Shown in pieces: positions 12,786 to 25,825 of a DNA stretch of 64,000 bases; position 1 is the first letter of the stretch, and each line of letters begins with the position of its first letter. Source of the stretch: Octopus vulgaris (taxonomy: Eukaryota); NCBI GenBank assembly GCA_951406725.2, contig OX597839.1, positions 9,734,001 through 9,798,000 on the forward strand, in the 5' to 3' direction. The position numbers and the translations under genes were made by a program. The notes under the pieces were generated by a model. That model made no database searches, was not told where the DNA came from, and saw only the letters and a program-made list of their open reading frames with translations.

Positions 12786-13404
12786 TATAAAGGGGACATA
12801 CCTGTATGCAAGGATGACCACATATTTACTCAGCTTGGTGACGGTTGTTTACAACCATCACATAATGTTAAATTGAGGGTACACACAAACACATACACAT
12901 ATAATACATATACAATCAGTTTCTTTTAGTTTCTGTCTACCAAATCCATTTTGGTGAACCTAGGTCTACAGTAGAAGACACTTGACCAATGTGCTATACT
13001 GTGGAACTAAATCTCAAACCACAAGGTTGGGACGTAAGCTTCTTAACCCCTTAGCCATGTTTGCATCACACACAGAGTTTACTTATCCCCACTTAAATGC
13101 GAATGTTTTGTTAAAACAAACTTTACTGTGGCAGATACAAAGAGAGACACTCTCATATTGGTTTCTGGTGCAAAAAAACGCAAGTGGGGAGATATATCCC
13201 TGTCACTTCCACCTCAAAATAAATTATATTTATATGTACGTAATCACTGCACTATATCTAGGTGTAAATATGGCAATGTTGTTTTATGACTAAATTTTTA
13301 TCTTCGCTATATTCTATATTTTGAAATGACTATGCATTTTTTAAATTTTAATTTTGCTTTAAGCTCTAATGATCAATGTTTTGAAAATTATCTTTTATTC
13401 TTTA

Positions 13405-13726
13405 CTAGCAGTATCGCCCGTTGTTGCTCGGGTTTGTAAGGGAAATAACTACATAACATTTTTAGAGATGTAAAGTATAATAGCCATCTCAATATGGCTA
13501 ACCACAAAGGGGAGGTGTTACTGTAGCTTTTTACATTCTGAGATTTAATAATAAATTTTTAGAGAGTTACTTCCCTTATATATGCCAAAAATGCATTAAA
13601 AATGGGAAAAATTGATTGTAAATTTTTTTTTAAATCGTAGACTCACTGTAGACGCGCACTAATAGGAGTAGTTAGGAATCTAAATTGTAGGAGACAGACA
13701 GCACACAACCTCTCTTTTATATATAA
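13405..13726 (-). mobile_element. Non-autonomous Helitron
   Basis: Plus strand aCTAGcagtatcgcccgttgttgctcggg is the hairpin plus CTAG 3' end on the minus strand. Near-identical to 57916-58213. Confidence 0.8.
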
Positions 13727-13729
13727 ATA

Positions 13730-14578
13730 TTTGTTCCAGCCATTAGACCGTCGCCAAGCTGGGGTACTGCCTTGAAGAATCATTAGTCAAATGAATCAAT
13801 CCCAGGCCTTTTCTTTTTTCTTTTTAAGGCTGGTATTTTTGATCTGTTTTGCTGAACTGTTAAGTTATAGAGGACATAAACACACCAACACCGGCTGTCA
13901 AGCAGTGGTGGGGAACAAAGACAGACACCACACACACAATAGTCTCCCTTCAGTTTCCATCTACCAAATCCACTCACAAGACTTTGGTTGGCCTGAGGTT
14001 ATTGTAGAAGACACTTGCCCAAGATGCCACGCAGTGGGACTGAACACAGAACCATGTGGTTGGGAAGCAAGCTTCTTATCACACAACTATTTATTTATTT
14101 ATTAACAAATCTTGCCATTAATGTGCAGTTTTGACCATAGTAACAAATTATAAAGAGAAAGAAGCAAAAGGAATACCACTGAAATATTATATCTCCCAGT
14201 AAAACTTGGCAAAACAGGAAGATTGCTTTTGGATCCTGTGACTAGTGCTTTCTCAATATTCAAGAGGACTACAAGGATTTTTGTGGGAAGAATAGGCATT
14301 CAACAGATAGTCACAGCCCACATTTTGCTTCAGCAATCTGCAGATCAATATACCTATTTTTTTACTACCCACAAGGGGCTAAACACAGAGGGGACAACAA
14401 GGATAGACGAACAGATTAAGTCGATTATATCAACCCCAGTACATAACTGGTACTTATTTAATTGACTCCGAAAGGATGGAAGGCAAAGTCGACCTCGGCG
14501 GAATTTGAACTCAGAATGTAACAGCAGACGAAATACCGCAAAGCATTTTGCCCTGCGTTCTAACATTTCTGCCAGCTC
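13730..14578 (-). mobile_element. SINE family B (about 13730-14085) and family A (about 14352-14578)
   Basis: Similarity to the other in-window copies. Confidence 0.75.
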
Positions 14579-14647
14579 TAATTTATCTATTTAGCTATCT
14601 ACCACACACACACACACATATGTATATGCATGCATGCATGTATGTAT

Positions 14648-15600
14648 ATAGGGTGATCAAGTATTTTAAAACACTTTAGCAGGCCATATATGGAAAACAA
14701 ACCAATGTAATGTTATATGACACGTAGCGAATTTCATCTTTCACATATCTCAAAAAGTGTCAACTTAATCTTACACAAAAAATTTTAAAAGGCTGTTGTT
14801 TATGGCTGTAGCCACCATTGACAGTGATTTGGTGATTGCAGACATTTTAAACATGGCCAGGTCCCATGTTTGAGAGCTGAAAAGTGAAGTGGAGGTCTCT
14901 AATTCAGATATGTTATTTGAGATCAAGAAAAAGTCTAAGATTACACTGTGTTAAAATGGCTGAGGGTTATTATTATTTTTTTTTGGCCCAGCAAGTCATT
15001 GAGGGCCGTCACTAAGCAACTCAAGGTAGCACTATTAGACATTAGGGTTAAATCCTAAATATAAACAGAGGACAATTTTTGCCTGGTAGGACTTGGGAAA
15101 GCTGAACAAACTGAAGCACCCTAAAAAGCCCATCAGTTATGTTGTTCACTTCAAAGAACTTCAGTTTGGGATCAAGACCAAGACCAAAAGATGAACAGAA
15201 AGAATAATGGGTGGCTCTGCAACAACATTACAGAGGTACCCATAGTCATGCCCATCAAGTTCCCATAATCTCTAATGATCTTGGCATGTGTGAGCAATGA
15301 AGGCCATGTCATACTGCCTAATTTCTCACAGGGTCTCAGAATTGATATCACTCTCAAAACTAGGGTGATGGAGACAATGGACAAACCCTCAATGAATGAT
15401 GTGACCCAGGGAAAACTATACATGTTTCAATGGGAAACTGCTTCCACCAACATGATTCTTGTGACTTGGGAATGGTTGGCTGAGAATTTTCACAATCATG
15501 TGACCTGCAGCATGTAACCTACTGGCTCTCCTGATTTGAACTGCCTAAACTAAAACATTTGCAGTGTCCCTGAAGTGTCCAAGGACTCACTGAAGGCTGT
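14648..15600 (+). pseudogene. Degenerate Tc1/mariner transposon
   Basis: Starts ta+tagggtg (TIR-like). KFP..MILACVSNEGHVILP..QGLR...YMFQWETAS...WLAENFHNHVT...SPDLN resembles DDD transposase motifs (FQQD.AP.H; WPP.SPDLN). Confidence 0.7.
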
Positions 15601-15639
15601 TATCATTCTCATCCCAATTGTCTTAGGCATCTCACCAAT

Positions 15640-15678
<39 letters not shown>

Positions 15679-16401
15679 GTGCATGTACATTATGTAACAG
15701 TCATGGCTGTGTGACCGAGAACACATGATTTCAAGTTCAGTTCCACTGCATGGTACTTTGGGCAAGTGACTACTTTTATAGCCCTGGGCCAACCGAAGCT
15801 TTGTTTGGAGGAGGAGGAGACCTGCCCAATTCTGACATGCAGCCACTTCTATGGCCACATCAACACTGTCACTGAGGTTGAGAGTAGTTTTGCTGTATAA
15901 CCTGTTGCTTTAATGTATCTAGTTGAACATGTGGACCACATTCCCGAAAAAAAATTTTTCTTCTTCGTCATCTAGCACATTATCATCATCGTCATCAATA
16001 TCAACATTTTAATGTTCGTTTTTCTATATTTGCATGAGTCAGACAGAATTTGTTGAGGCAGATTTTCTATGGCAAGACGATGCCATTGCTGTCACTAACC
16101 CCTCACTTGCTTCCAAGCAAGTAGGGGTTAGTGTTTTTATGGAAGGTTATAAACAAAGGACACCACTTTTGTGGTAGTGACATTCATAATGATCACACGA
16201 TGTCAAGACAAGGAGACACAAATTCACTCATACACCTGTACATACACACGTGTATGATGGCTTTCTTCAGTTTCCATCTACCAAATCCACTCACAAAGCT
16301 TCGGTTAGCCCAGGGCTATAGTAGTAGTCACTTGCCCAAGGTACCTCGAAATCATGTGTTCTCGGCCACACAGCCGTAACTGCTACATAATGTACATGAA
16401 C

Positions 16402-16487
<86 letters not shown>

Positions 16488-17620
16488 TTGGTGAGATGTC
16501 TAAGACAATCGGGCTGAGAACAATAACAAAAGGGTTAACAACAGGATCTAACAATGTAATAAAATGAGAAAAACAACAACAACAACAACAACAACATGTA
16601 AACAACAGTGAATATAGAGATATACAGGTGTATCTGAGAACATGACAGACTAACAGACAAGCAGATAGTAATGTGTGTGTGCATGAGTGTGTGTGTGCAT
16701 GAGTTTCACTGTGTATATTTTCCTATGTATGCATGAGTACATCAAAGTGATTCTGCATGTGAGTGCATAGGAGGGGGGTTGTCGTGTGCACATATGCGCA
16801 TGCACACACACGCATGTGCGCCAAAGTAAGTACGTAAGTTCATTAGTATGGATGTGATTCTGTATATTTGTGGATATACAGCTCTGATATAGAAAGTGTA
16901 TGTGTGAGAGAGAGAGAGGGAGGGAGAATGGCTATGTGTATGTGTGAGACAGAGGGAGAATGGCTGTATGTATGTGTGTATGTGTGTGTGTGTGTGTGTG
17001 ATATACTCTTTTACTCTTTTACTTGTTTCAGTCATTTGACTGCGGCCATGCTGGAGCACCGCCTTTAGTCGAGCAACTCGACCCCGGGACTTATTCTTTT
17101 TGTAAGCCCAGTACTTATTCTATCGGTCTCTTTTTGCCGAACCGCTAAGTGACGTCCAGACTTTCACAAAATATGTCCAGACTTTCACACAAACACACAT
17201 CCTAAACATACAATCACAGCACCATCACATCTACTTTCCTCTCTAAAGACACCCCAGCTATCTACTCATCATTATTTCAGTTACTCAGTCCTTTTCATAC
17301 CCACCACACCTGGACAGCGTCCGATTCTATCTATGCTACAAAAAATTCCCATTCATAAATATTCATATTCAACTTAAAACCAACCATTACAATGTTGACT
17401 AAAATTCATTTTGTTACGCCATGTTCCAAACTCGACATTTAATAACAAAAATCTGTTATTTTTACTAAACCCTTCTAAATCACCAATTATTTACAACATT
17501 AATAGAAACACCTGGACTGTATTATTTAATTAGAAACATGGTGATGAAAGAATTAACAATTAATTGGTAAGTTAACTTGTTAGTAAGTTAGTTAGTTAGT
17601 TAGTTGGCTTGTTATCTTAC

Positions 17621-17716
17621 CCGGAGTAGTTTCTTCAAATCCCACGGAGGCTTTGAATATGTTTTTGACCCAGTAGATGTCCTTTTTGATGAATATTTGG
17701 AGGATTTAGATGCCAT
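17621..17716 (-). CDS. Candidate alternative ATG-bearing exon of myosin-XVIII (MASKSSKYSSKRTSTGSKTYSKPPWDLKKLLR)
   Basis: aagATGg Kozak context, 32 open codons and a cgg|gtaag donor in phase 0, so it is in frame with the 3547 acceptor. Unique sequence amid repeats. Confidence 0.65.
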
Positions 17717-17781
17717 CTTTATCTTTCTCATACATCACACCACACATACACATTTGTTATATGTATATATATGCATGTTTG

Positions 17782-17812
<31 letters not shown>

Positions 17813-19564
17813 ATTAAACAAGACACTTTCTCAATATTTCTGAGTTTGTATGTAGATGTGTGTTTGTGTGTAACAGGTACCTTTTTATTACCTGTAGTTA
17901 ATATGAGAAAGAAACAAACAGGTACACATACATACACGCTTAATAGTTTGTCACAATGAGGAAGTGAGAGAGAAAAGACACACACACACACACTGCAGTA
18001 GTACTACACTGTTTTAGTATGGTTCCATGGAGTGCTTAATTATCCAGTGGGCTGCAAAGGAATTGAAACAGGTAACCAGATGAGACAGCTCGAAGATAAT
18101 GCAAATAATTGCAGCCGAACAGCAGGTGTCTGTGTCATTGGTCAGCTGAAATGTCATGGTTGCAACACATGAGTGTGAGAAAGTAACAAAAGAGAAAGAT
18201 GATATATCTGAGATGAAATCAAGAAAGGCAGAGGTTATAAAAAAATACTTTGCTTATCTTCTAGGAATGACCAGCAGTGGTGGTAGTGGTGGTGGATTGT
18301 GTATGAGTATGTGTGTGTGTGTGTGTGTGTAAAATGAGAAAGATAGAAGACAAGGGAGATGCTAAAGAGAGGGATAAGGGTCAGAGAAAGAGAGGGAAAG
18401 AGTGATGTATGTATGTATGTATATGTGTCTAATATGACTGATCAAATGTCAAACTGCTAGTTTTCTTCCAAACCGCAGGAAGAAAGATATATTTTTTCAT
18501 CAATTTTTCTTCTTCTTTTTCTTTCTTTATACCTCACACATGCAAAGGATAGTTGACACAAGTTGACACATCTCAGCGATAATCACTGCCCCACATTCTA
18601 TTAAAACACCTCACAACACCACACCATGTTCAACCAATAAGGAAGAGTTCTTACACGTTCACTCAGCTTATAAGAAATAAACAAATGTCATTGAAATCAC
18701 ACCCTGCCAAAGAGAGGACAAATACATTTCAATAATGTAGTCCCAGATAAACTGTGTCAGAATAAAAGCCAAGATGTTTACAGTTGGAATATCTCTGATC
18801 ATATAATGTCCACTAGATCAGGACTGACTGAGTTTAAATAATGACCACAACTGTATGTTGTGTTTACTTCACACTATGGAGGTCCCAACTCCAGTTAGGA
18901 GAGAACAGTAATGATTTTAGTGTGCATGTGTGAGAGAGGGAGGGAGAGAAAGAAAGGAGAGACAAGATGTATGTGTGTGTGTTTGTGTGTGCACGTACAT
19001 GTAAGAGGACATGTGTGTGTGTCTATGTGTGTGAAAGAGAGAGAGAGAGAGAGAGACAGTGAGTGCGTCAGGGAGTGTGTAAACTGCAGGGGGTACAGGG
19101 TAGATTAACGACCATTATTTCGCGGAATATGGTACAAGCTGATCCAAAACCTGTAGTCTCCACAGTAACACAACAACAACAACAGCAGCAGCAGTAGTAG
19201 TAGTAGCAGCAGCAGTAGTAGTAATAGTAGTAGTAGTTGAAGGTAGTAGTAGCAGCAAAAGCCCACCAAGGGTGGATGACTGGGGGACTGGTTTCAATTA
19301 TATTAATACAGACTTTCAGCAGAAAATATCCAACTATGGCCACCACCATCACTACTACACAGAGAACAATCTGTAGTAAAGACCATTGTGATTTAATGTC
19401 TAACTTCCTGTCAGTGTGTGAGGTTTCGGAGAGGGGTGGCTGTAGTATACCTGCCTTCTCTAATTTAACATATCTAATTTAACTCAGGTAGGTAGGCAGA
19501 GAAGGTAGGTGAAAGGTGCTCCAGGTAGCATTCCCAAGTAGGAAGAGGAAGGTAAAGTAAACAA

Positions 19565-19568
<4 letters not shown>

Positions 19569-19599
<31 letters not shown>

Positions 19600-19733
19600 T
19601 GTGTGTGTGTGTGTGTGTGTGTGTATTATATACATGAACATACATATACAGAAATATATGTGTGTGTATATATATATATATATACATACATACATATACA
19701 CATACATATACAGATATATATTTATACACATAG

Positions 19734-19782
<49 letters not shown>

Positions 19783-19993
19783 AATATATATATATAAACA
19801 TATATACACATACATATACACACATACATACATATATATACACATACACACACATATATATACACATACACATATATATATACACATACACATATATATA
19901 TACACATACATGCATATATATACACACACATGCATACATATATATATATATATATATATACACATACATATATATATACACATACATGCATAC

Positions 19994-20025
<32 letters not shown>

Positions 20026-20388
20026 ATATATATATACACATACATATTTATATATATACACATATATATATACACATACATATATATATATACACATATA
20101 TATATATATATACACATATATATATATATACACATACATATATATATACACATACATATATATATATATACACATACATATTTATATATATACACACATA
20201 CATATTTATATATATACACATATATATATATATATATACACATACATATATATACACATATATATATACACATACATATATATACACATATATATATACA
20301 CATACATATATATACACACATATATATATACACACATATATATATATATATACACACATACATATATATATATACACACACACATACC

Positions 20389-20428
<40 letters not shown>
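19569..20428. repeat. Compound (GT)/(TA)/(TACA) microsatellite
   Basis: About 860 bp of low-complexity sequence, the source of spurious YI/TH ORFs. Similar tracts at about 39170-39680, 49251-49625 and 59235-59540. Confidence 0.95.
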
Positions 20429-20429
<1 letters not shown>

Positions 20430-20430
<1 letters not shown>

Positions 20431-21780
20431 CTTTCCTCAAGACCTATGCCTCTGGAGTTTTTAAGGTTCCCAGACATCTCTGGTGGAAACATTCAAGGAC
20501 CTTTACATGACATTTGGAAAGGGTCCATGTATCACCAGAGTGAAGGAGCGCTGTCAGGACACATGCATGGTACACAGCAAATTTTGTTTACCTTGTGATG
20601 CCATGCAGGGACAAGATACAAGGCAGCAAGTTACTCTTTGCAGCCTGAAAGATATTTCATCATCCAGGGAGCAAGAACAGCAGAGTGTGCTGCTCAGGTA
20701 GACAAACTTTCAGTATTGTTCCTTTCAGTAGACCACTTTCAGTATCGTTCCTTCAACCAAGAAATCTGGTTCCACATATGGATTTACTGGTGCAGGCTGG
20801 AACATTACAACAGTCTTGTCCAGGCCAATGCTGAGTCCAAGTGCCTTCTATGATTCATAAGTATTTGCATGTCATCCACTGTATGAGTGACTAAGTTACA
20901 GTTATCTGCATAAAGGAGGTCACAGATAAGAGATTAGAAAACTTTTGAATTGGCAGCAAATCGGTGCAGATTAAAGAGTTGGCCAGAAGATCAATACCTG
21001 ACATATATTCCCAGAGAACTAACCTTAGCAAAAGCATGATAAATGCAGCAACAAAGTACAAAGAAAAGTGAGTTGGGCAAGGATGTCACCCTGCTTGACA
21101 CCATTCTCTACAGGAATGGGTCCTGCCATGCCACCACCAACATAGACCGAAGCCTCCATCCTATCATGAAATGATTTAATTATAGATACAAAGTGGTCCG
21201 GAGAACCAAGTTTGCTATGTATTTTCCATAGCAAGGCCCTATTCACAGTATCAGAGGCCTTAGTTAAATCAATGAATACCTGGACAAAATCCATATTCTG
21301 CTCATAGCACTTCTCCTACATTTGTCTTGCTGTGAAAATCATATCCAATGTCCCTCTACAAGATAGGAAGCCACATTGAGATTCAGATAGGACATCATTT
21401 ACGAGACACCCATTCAGGCAGGTAAGAATATTCGCCAGAACCTTGCCAACACTGATAGTAGAGCAATACCTCTGTAGTTACCACACATTATTCTGGCATC
21501 CTTCCAGTCCTTAGGCATTGCACTATCCCTTCAGACTACACTAAGAAGTTCATGAAGGGACTGTAGGATGTAATCACCACCAAATTGCAAAACCGAAGCA
21601 CAAATTCCATCCCTTCCAGGTGCCCTACCAAGATTCAACTTATTTACTGCTGTCATTACCTCATCTATTGGGGGCATGGAATTTAAGGAGCCAATGATAG
21701 ATCTTTGTTGTATACTATCAATCACTGCTTCATTCACAACTGACTCATGGTTTAGGAGTTCAGAGAAGTGATTTCTGTTG
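20430..21780 (-). mobile_element. BovB-like RTE LINE ORF remnant
   Basis: Fragments AVNKLNLGRAPGRDGI and FIDLTKASDTVNRALLWKI...NGVKQGDILA, plus an LLYAD-like motif; frameshifted. Confidence 0.85.
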
Positions 21781-22989
21781 ATTTAGTAAATAGAGTCGAA
21801 GACTCTTTGGAAAGAAAACAAGCTGATGCTTGCATGAGGTTTACTCCAGTATGGTCTTAGCTCTAATGGCAAAAACAAAGTAAAACATACACATTAGAAA
21901 GAGGTAGTGAGTGATGATGTGAAAGATGGGTAGACTTAGTGAAAGAGAGAAAAAGAGAGAAAGAGTAATAAGGAAGAGAAAGAGAAACAATGCTGTGCAG
22001 TATTATTGCAAACAAACTAATAATTACTTAAGTAATGTAATATTAAGTAATTAAGATAACAAGATTATTTATACCAGGACTGATAGCATTTACTGCCAGT
22101 CTAATTGTTAAAAAATTTGTTTTATTTATTATGAGGAGAGAGAAAGGTGGGGACCATCATTGACTGGCAAAGTTGTTTAATCCCAGATCAACCCAGATCA
22201 ATGTGACCTATGATCAAAGCTTTCTCACACAACAGCCATATCATCTTTCTTCCATGGCTGTATATTTAGAATTACATCATGTGTTCTTTATTTTTTCCAT
22301 TTTCAGTGCATAATATGAGCAAGTTTTGACTGTTGCTTCTAGCAGGTTGAACACCATATAGAAGTACCCTCAAAGTTTGATGTGAATGACTGCAGTCCTT
22401 CAAGTGATGAAAATAATGTTGATTTTCTTTCATCAAGAACTGCAATAAACACATAGCTTAAGCTCCTGTAGGATCAACCCTTTACGGTAAATATGAAGAA
22501 AGAGGGGTGTTCCAGAGGAATGCATGTTTGAGGGAGGATAAATTAGGTGAAAGCTTTCTGCAAGATATGGTAGATTAGTAACACACAGTACAGATCATAG
22601 AGTGAAGGAGAAGCTAGATCAAAGGGACCAATGGATTTTTTTTATTTCCCAACACTTACCCATGATAATAATCTGTTTTTATTATCATCATTGTTTAACA
22701 TCCATCTTCCATGCAAGCATGGCTGTGTGGTAAGAAGCTTGCTTCCTAACACATGGTTCCAAGTTCAGTCCCACAGTGTGGTACCTTGGGTAAGTGTCTT
22801 CTGTTATAGCCTCAGGCCAATGAAAGCCTTGTGAGTAGATTTGGTAGATGGAAACTGAAAGAAGCCTGTCTTATGTATTTACATATATGCATGTATATAT
22901 CATTACGTGTGTATCTTTCTGTTTGTCCCCCACCACTACTTGACAACCAGGGTTGGTGTGTTTACATCCAGGTTACTTAGCAATTCCGT

Positions 22990-24000
22990 TGAAATTTTGA
23001 ATGTGGCTGAGGGATTGAAATGAAAAATAACATTTATTTCCAGATATTTTCTCAGATGAACTGGGCTGCTGCATGAAAACAAAGGCAAAAATTGTAGTAA
23101 AACAAAGTGCAACACCTGTATTTAAGCCAAAATGTAATGTACCATTCGTAGTGCTAGAACAGGTAAATAAGAAACTTGAAACTTCTGTGTCTTTTTCTGC
23201 AGTTAGACCCTGAGTAAATATCAGACACTAACTCATCCAGTTTGAACTTTTCACATTCTGTGTCAACTCCACCAACATATGTGATGTAGTCCTCCTTGTT
23301 CTTTTCTAGGTCAAACATTTCCAGCATGCATTGAACAAGCTTTTCTTGCTGAAAATTTTACACAATATGTTTATTATATTTCTAAAGTTTATGTCTAGTT
23401 TTTTTGGGGAGTATGTAATTGCTGCAACACTCATATTCTCCTGCCACAAGTTTTCTTAGGATTAGACACGCTTTCATATCATCTTCCCAATCTTTGCACT
23501 CTTTAATGAAGATCTGTTCATATCTTCTATAGTACACCTTGACAGTAGCTCCTTTCTCTGGTTCATACTTAAATTCCATTATTGAGTTTGCAACATAATC
23601 TGGTGAGAACATCTTTTCAGCATTTTTGGATGACTTACTTTTCAGTAATTGCAGCATTTGTTGTTGTTCAATTCAATTCAATTCAATTTCTATTGGCCCA
23701 AAAAGTAAAAGCAAGGCCATGTATGGGGACAGGGAGTTATGTACAGGGAAGATGATCATATAAAGAGTTCAGGCCATTTCTGGTCAAGAGAGACTTTGAA
23801 CCGAGCGGTCGTCGGCATCTTCACTATCACTGTAATAGTTATTGTTGTTGTTCATGCAGTAGTAATTGTTGTTGTTTTTGCAGCTGCTGTTGTTGTTGTT
23901 GTTGTTCCTGTAGTTGTTGTCGTTGTTTCTGCAGCTGTTGTTGTTGTTGCTGTTTTTGCAACTCAGGTGAACTGGCCAACAAATCTTCCATAATTTTACA
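22990..24000. mobile_element. Rearranged Gypsy (K02A2.6-like) LTR retrotransposon remnant
   Basis: Plus strand at about 23070-23180: KTKAKIVVKQSATPVFKPKCNVPFVVLEQVNKKLE (pre-RT pol). Minus strand at about 23180-23660: gag-like FSPDYVANSIMEFKYEPE...LILRKL. A poly-Q N-terminus at about 23840-23990. Confidence 0.65.
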
Positions 24001-24094
24001 CTTTTGTATACCATAAAATTCGCACAAAAAACTTTTATGAGCTTCATAACTCCTTGTGAGTTTGTTAATTCTTCATTGATAAACAACAAATGTC

Positions 24095-24398
24095 GCCCTT
24101 TTCAAGCCTAGCCAGGCTCATGGGCCCAGTTTCCCGGTTTCTGTGGCATATGTGTTCCCCTCCCCCAGCTGAATGGGACGCCAGTCCATCGCAGCGTTAC
24201 TCAAGAAACAGGAAGAGAGAGTGAGAGAAAGTTGTGGCGAAAGAGTACAACAGGGGTCACCACCACCCCCTACCAGAGCCTTGTGGATCTTTCGGGTGTT
24301 TTCGCTCAATAAACACACACAACGCCCGGTCTGGGAATCGAAACTGCAATCCTCCGACCGCGAGTCCGCTGCCTAACCACTGGGCCATTGCGCCTCCA
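24095..24398 (-). mobile_element. tRNA-derived SINE, 'family C'
   Basis: ggaggcgcaatggcccagtggttaggc...gtttcgattccc A/B-box head; same head as 50671-50975. Confidence 0.8.
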
Positions 24399-24898
24399 CT
24401 AATTCTTCATTACCACTGTTGTAATCCAACATCAGACCGTTATAACGTCCACTCCGGTATAGCAGTATAGTTAGTTGGACAAGTAAGACATGACTATCTA
24501 TGACTGACAACCCCTGACTTCTAAACGTCCACAGTATTTGTAACGACTGGCACATTACCACTTGTCACATGGGATGGGTATTCCCTTATTATAATTATTA
24601 GCCTCATAACAATCATGATGATGCTTTCTTTGCCCCTGCTTCATTAAATTATTTATCCAACATCAAAAAATGCTATTGTCTCACACATAAGACAAACTGA
24701 AAAGTAAAGAGTAAGTGGGACATCTATGAGAAATTAAGGTGAAGGGAAATAACTTCTTCAGACAACCATCATACAATTCATTGATTATTAACACATATAC
24801 AAGACCTCACACGAAGAAGAAATGTGAGTGAAGTTTATCAAATCAACTTCGATATATGACTGGTATTTTATTTGATTAACACTGGAAGTAAGAAAAGT

Positions 24899-25309
24899 GG
24901 ATCTTTTCGGTTTGAACGGCAGTTTTTAACATAATTTCTAGGTAACTAAACACTTTTAAACTTCGTATACTGGTAGAATGTGTTTATAAAACATCTTTTT
25001 CTCTTGGCTTTATTGAGAAAATTCTATAGTTTGTAAGATATGTGTTTTTTTTTCTTCAATTTCTGCAATTTCAACCAATCAGTGACGTCTATTGAGGTAA
25101 AAAAAAACATTCTGTGCCATATGAATATGTCCCTCATTTAAGAAACAGATTGGGTTTATTTACATTTCTGAAGAAAAAAAGATACCCTTCCCCCACTCCT
25201 AACCCTAAAAGAGATTGAAATGCAATAGATCGATTCTAGGGTCATAATTATGGGTGACAATTTTATATAACACTGCAAGGAAAAACTGCCGTTCAAACCG
25301 AAAAGATCC
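24899..25309. mobile_element. MITE with GGATCTTTTCGGTTTGAACGGCAG TIRs and 8-bp TSD
   Basis: Perfect terminal inverted repeats; agaaaagt duplicated on both sides. 5'-GG ends with an 8-bp TSD suggest Merlin-like or another 8-bp TSD superfamily. Confidence 0.9.
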
Positions 25310-25783
25310 AGAAAAGTAAATGTTGCTCTTGATGGGATTTATTGACTTCTAACTTAAGTAGAAGGTCACACATGTTGAAGAGGGATTTAGCTACATTAAC
25401 TGACTGCCTCACCCCGCAATCTCCAAATACTCTACTGGAAATTATTTTTAACAGCTCAAGGAGATGCAAGTTGTTATGTTTCAGGTAGGGCTCTTTTGTC
25501 CCACAAGATAAGTGACCTGATGCTTCAGACAAGACAGAGTCCTTCTGATCTGTCAGGAGAGGTTAATTCTGATGATTCAGACAGAGCAGAATCCTCCTGT
25601 GCCATGAGGAGAGCAGTCAGGTAAGATTGGTGAGACAAATGTTTTCTCAAATGGAACCATATAGAAAATTTGTAATGTGATGACAATGCCAAAACTAGAA
25701 ATATTAGAAAAACTTCACTGAAAATATATATATATATTTACGAAGTCTAGACAAATATTTTCAGCTAGCAGGCTTTGCTACTA

Positions 25784-25825
25784 TAGACTGATGATGGGCA
25801 AGACCCAGAAACATGCATGTCTCTA
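25784..25825 (+). ncRNA. Minimal type I hammerhead ribozyme motif (Penelope-associated type)
   Basis: taga-CTGATGA-tggg(caaga)ccca-GAAAC-atgcat-GTC-tcta: intact core, stems I and II, self-complementary stem III (acatgcatgt), GUC cleavage triplet ending at 25821. Confidence 0.75.

Noticed and set aside
19474-20598. Long ORFs of 170-297 aa rich in Y/I/H/T/C/V (also near 39.1, 46, 49.2, 53.4 and 59.1 kb)
   Set aside because: Translations of stop-free dinucleotide microsatellites; not genes.
23839-24027. Poly-Q host protein exon
   Set aside because: Lies in line with gag-like retrotransposon remnants and has no convincing splice sites.
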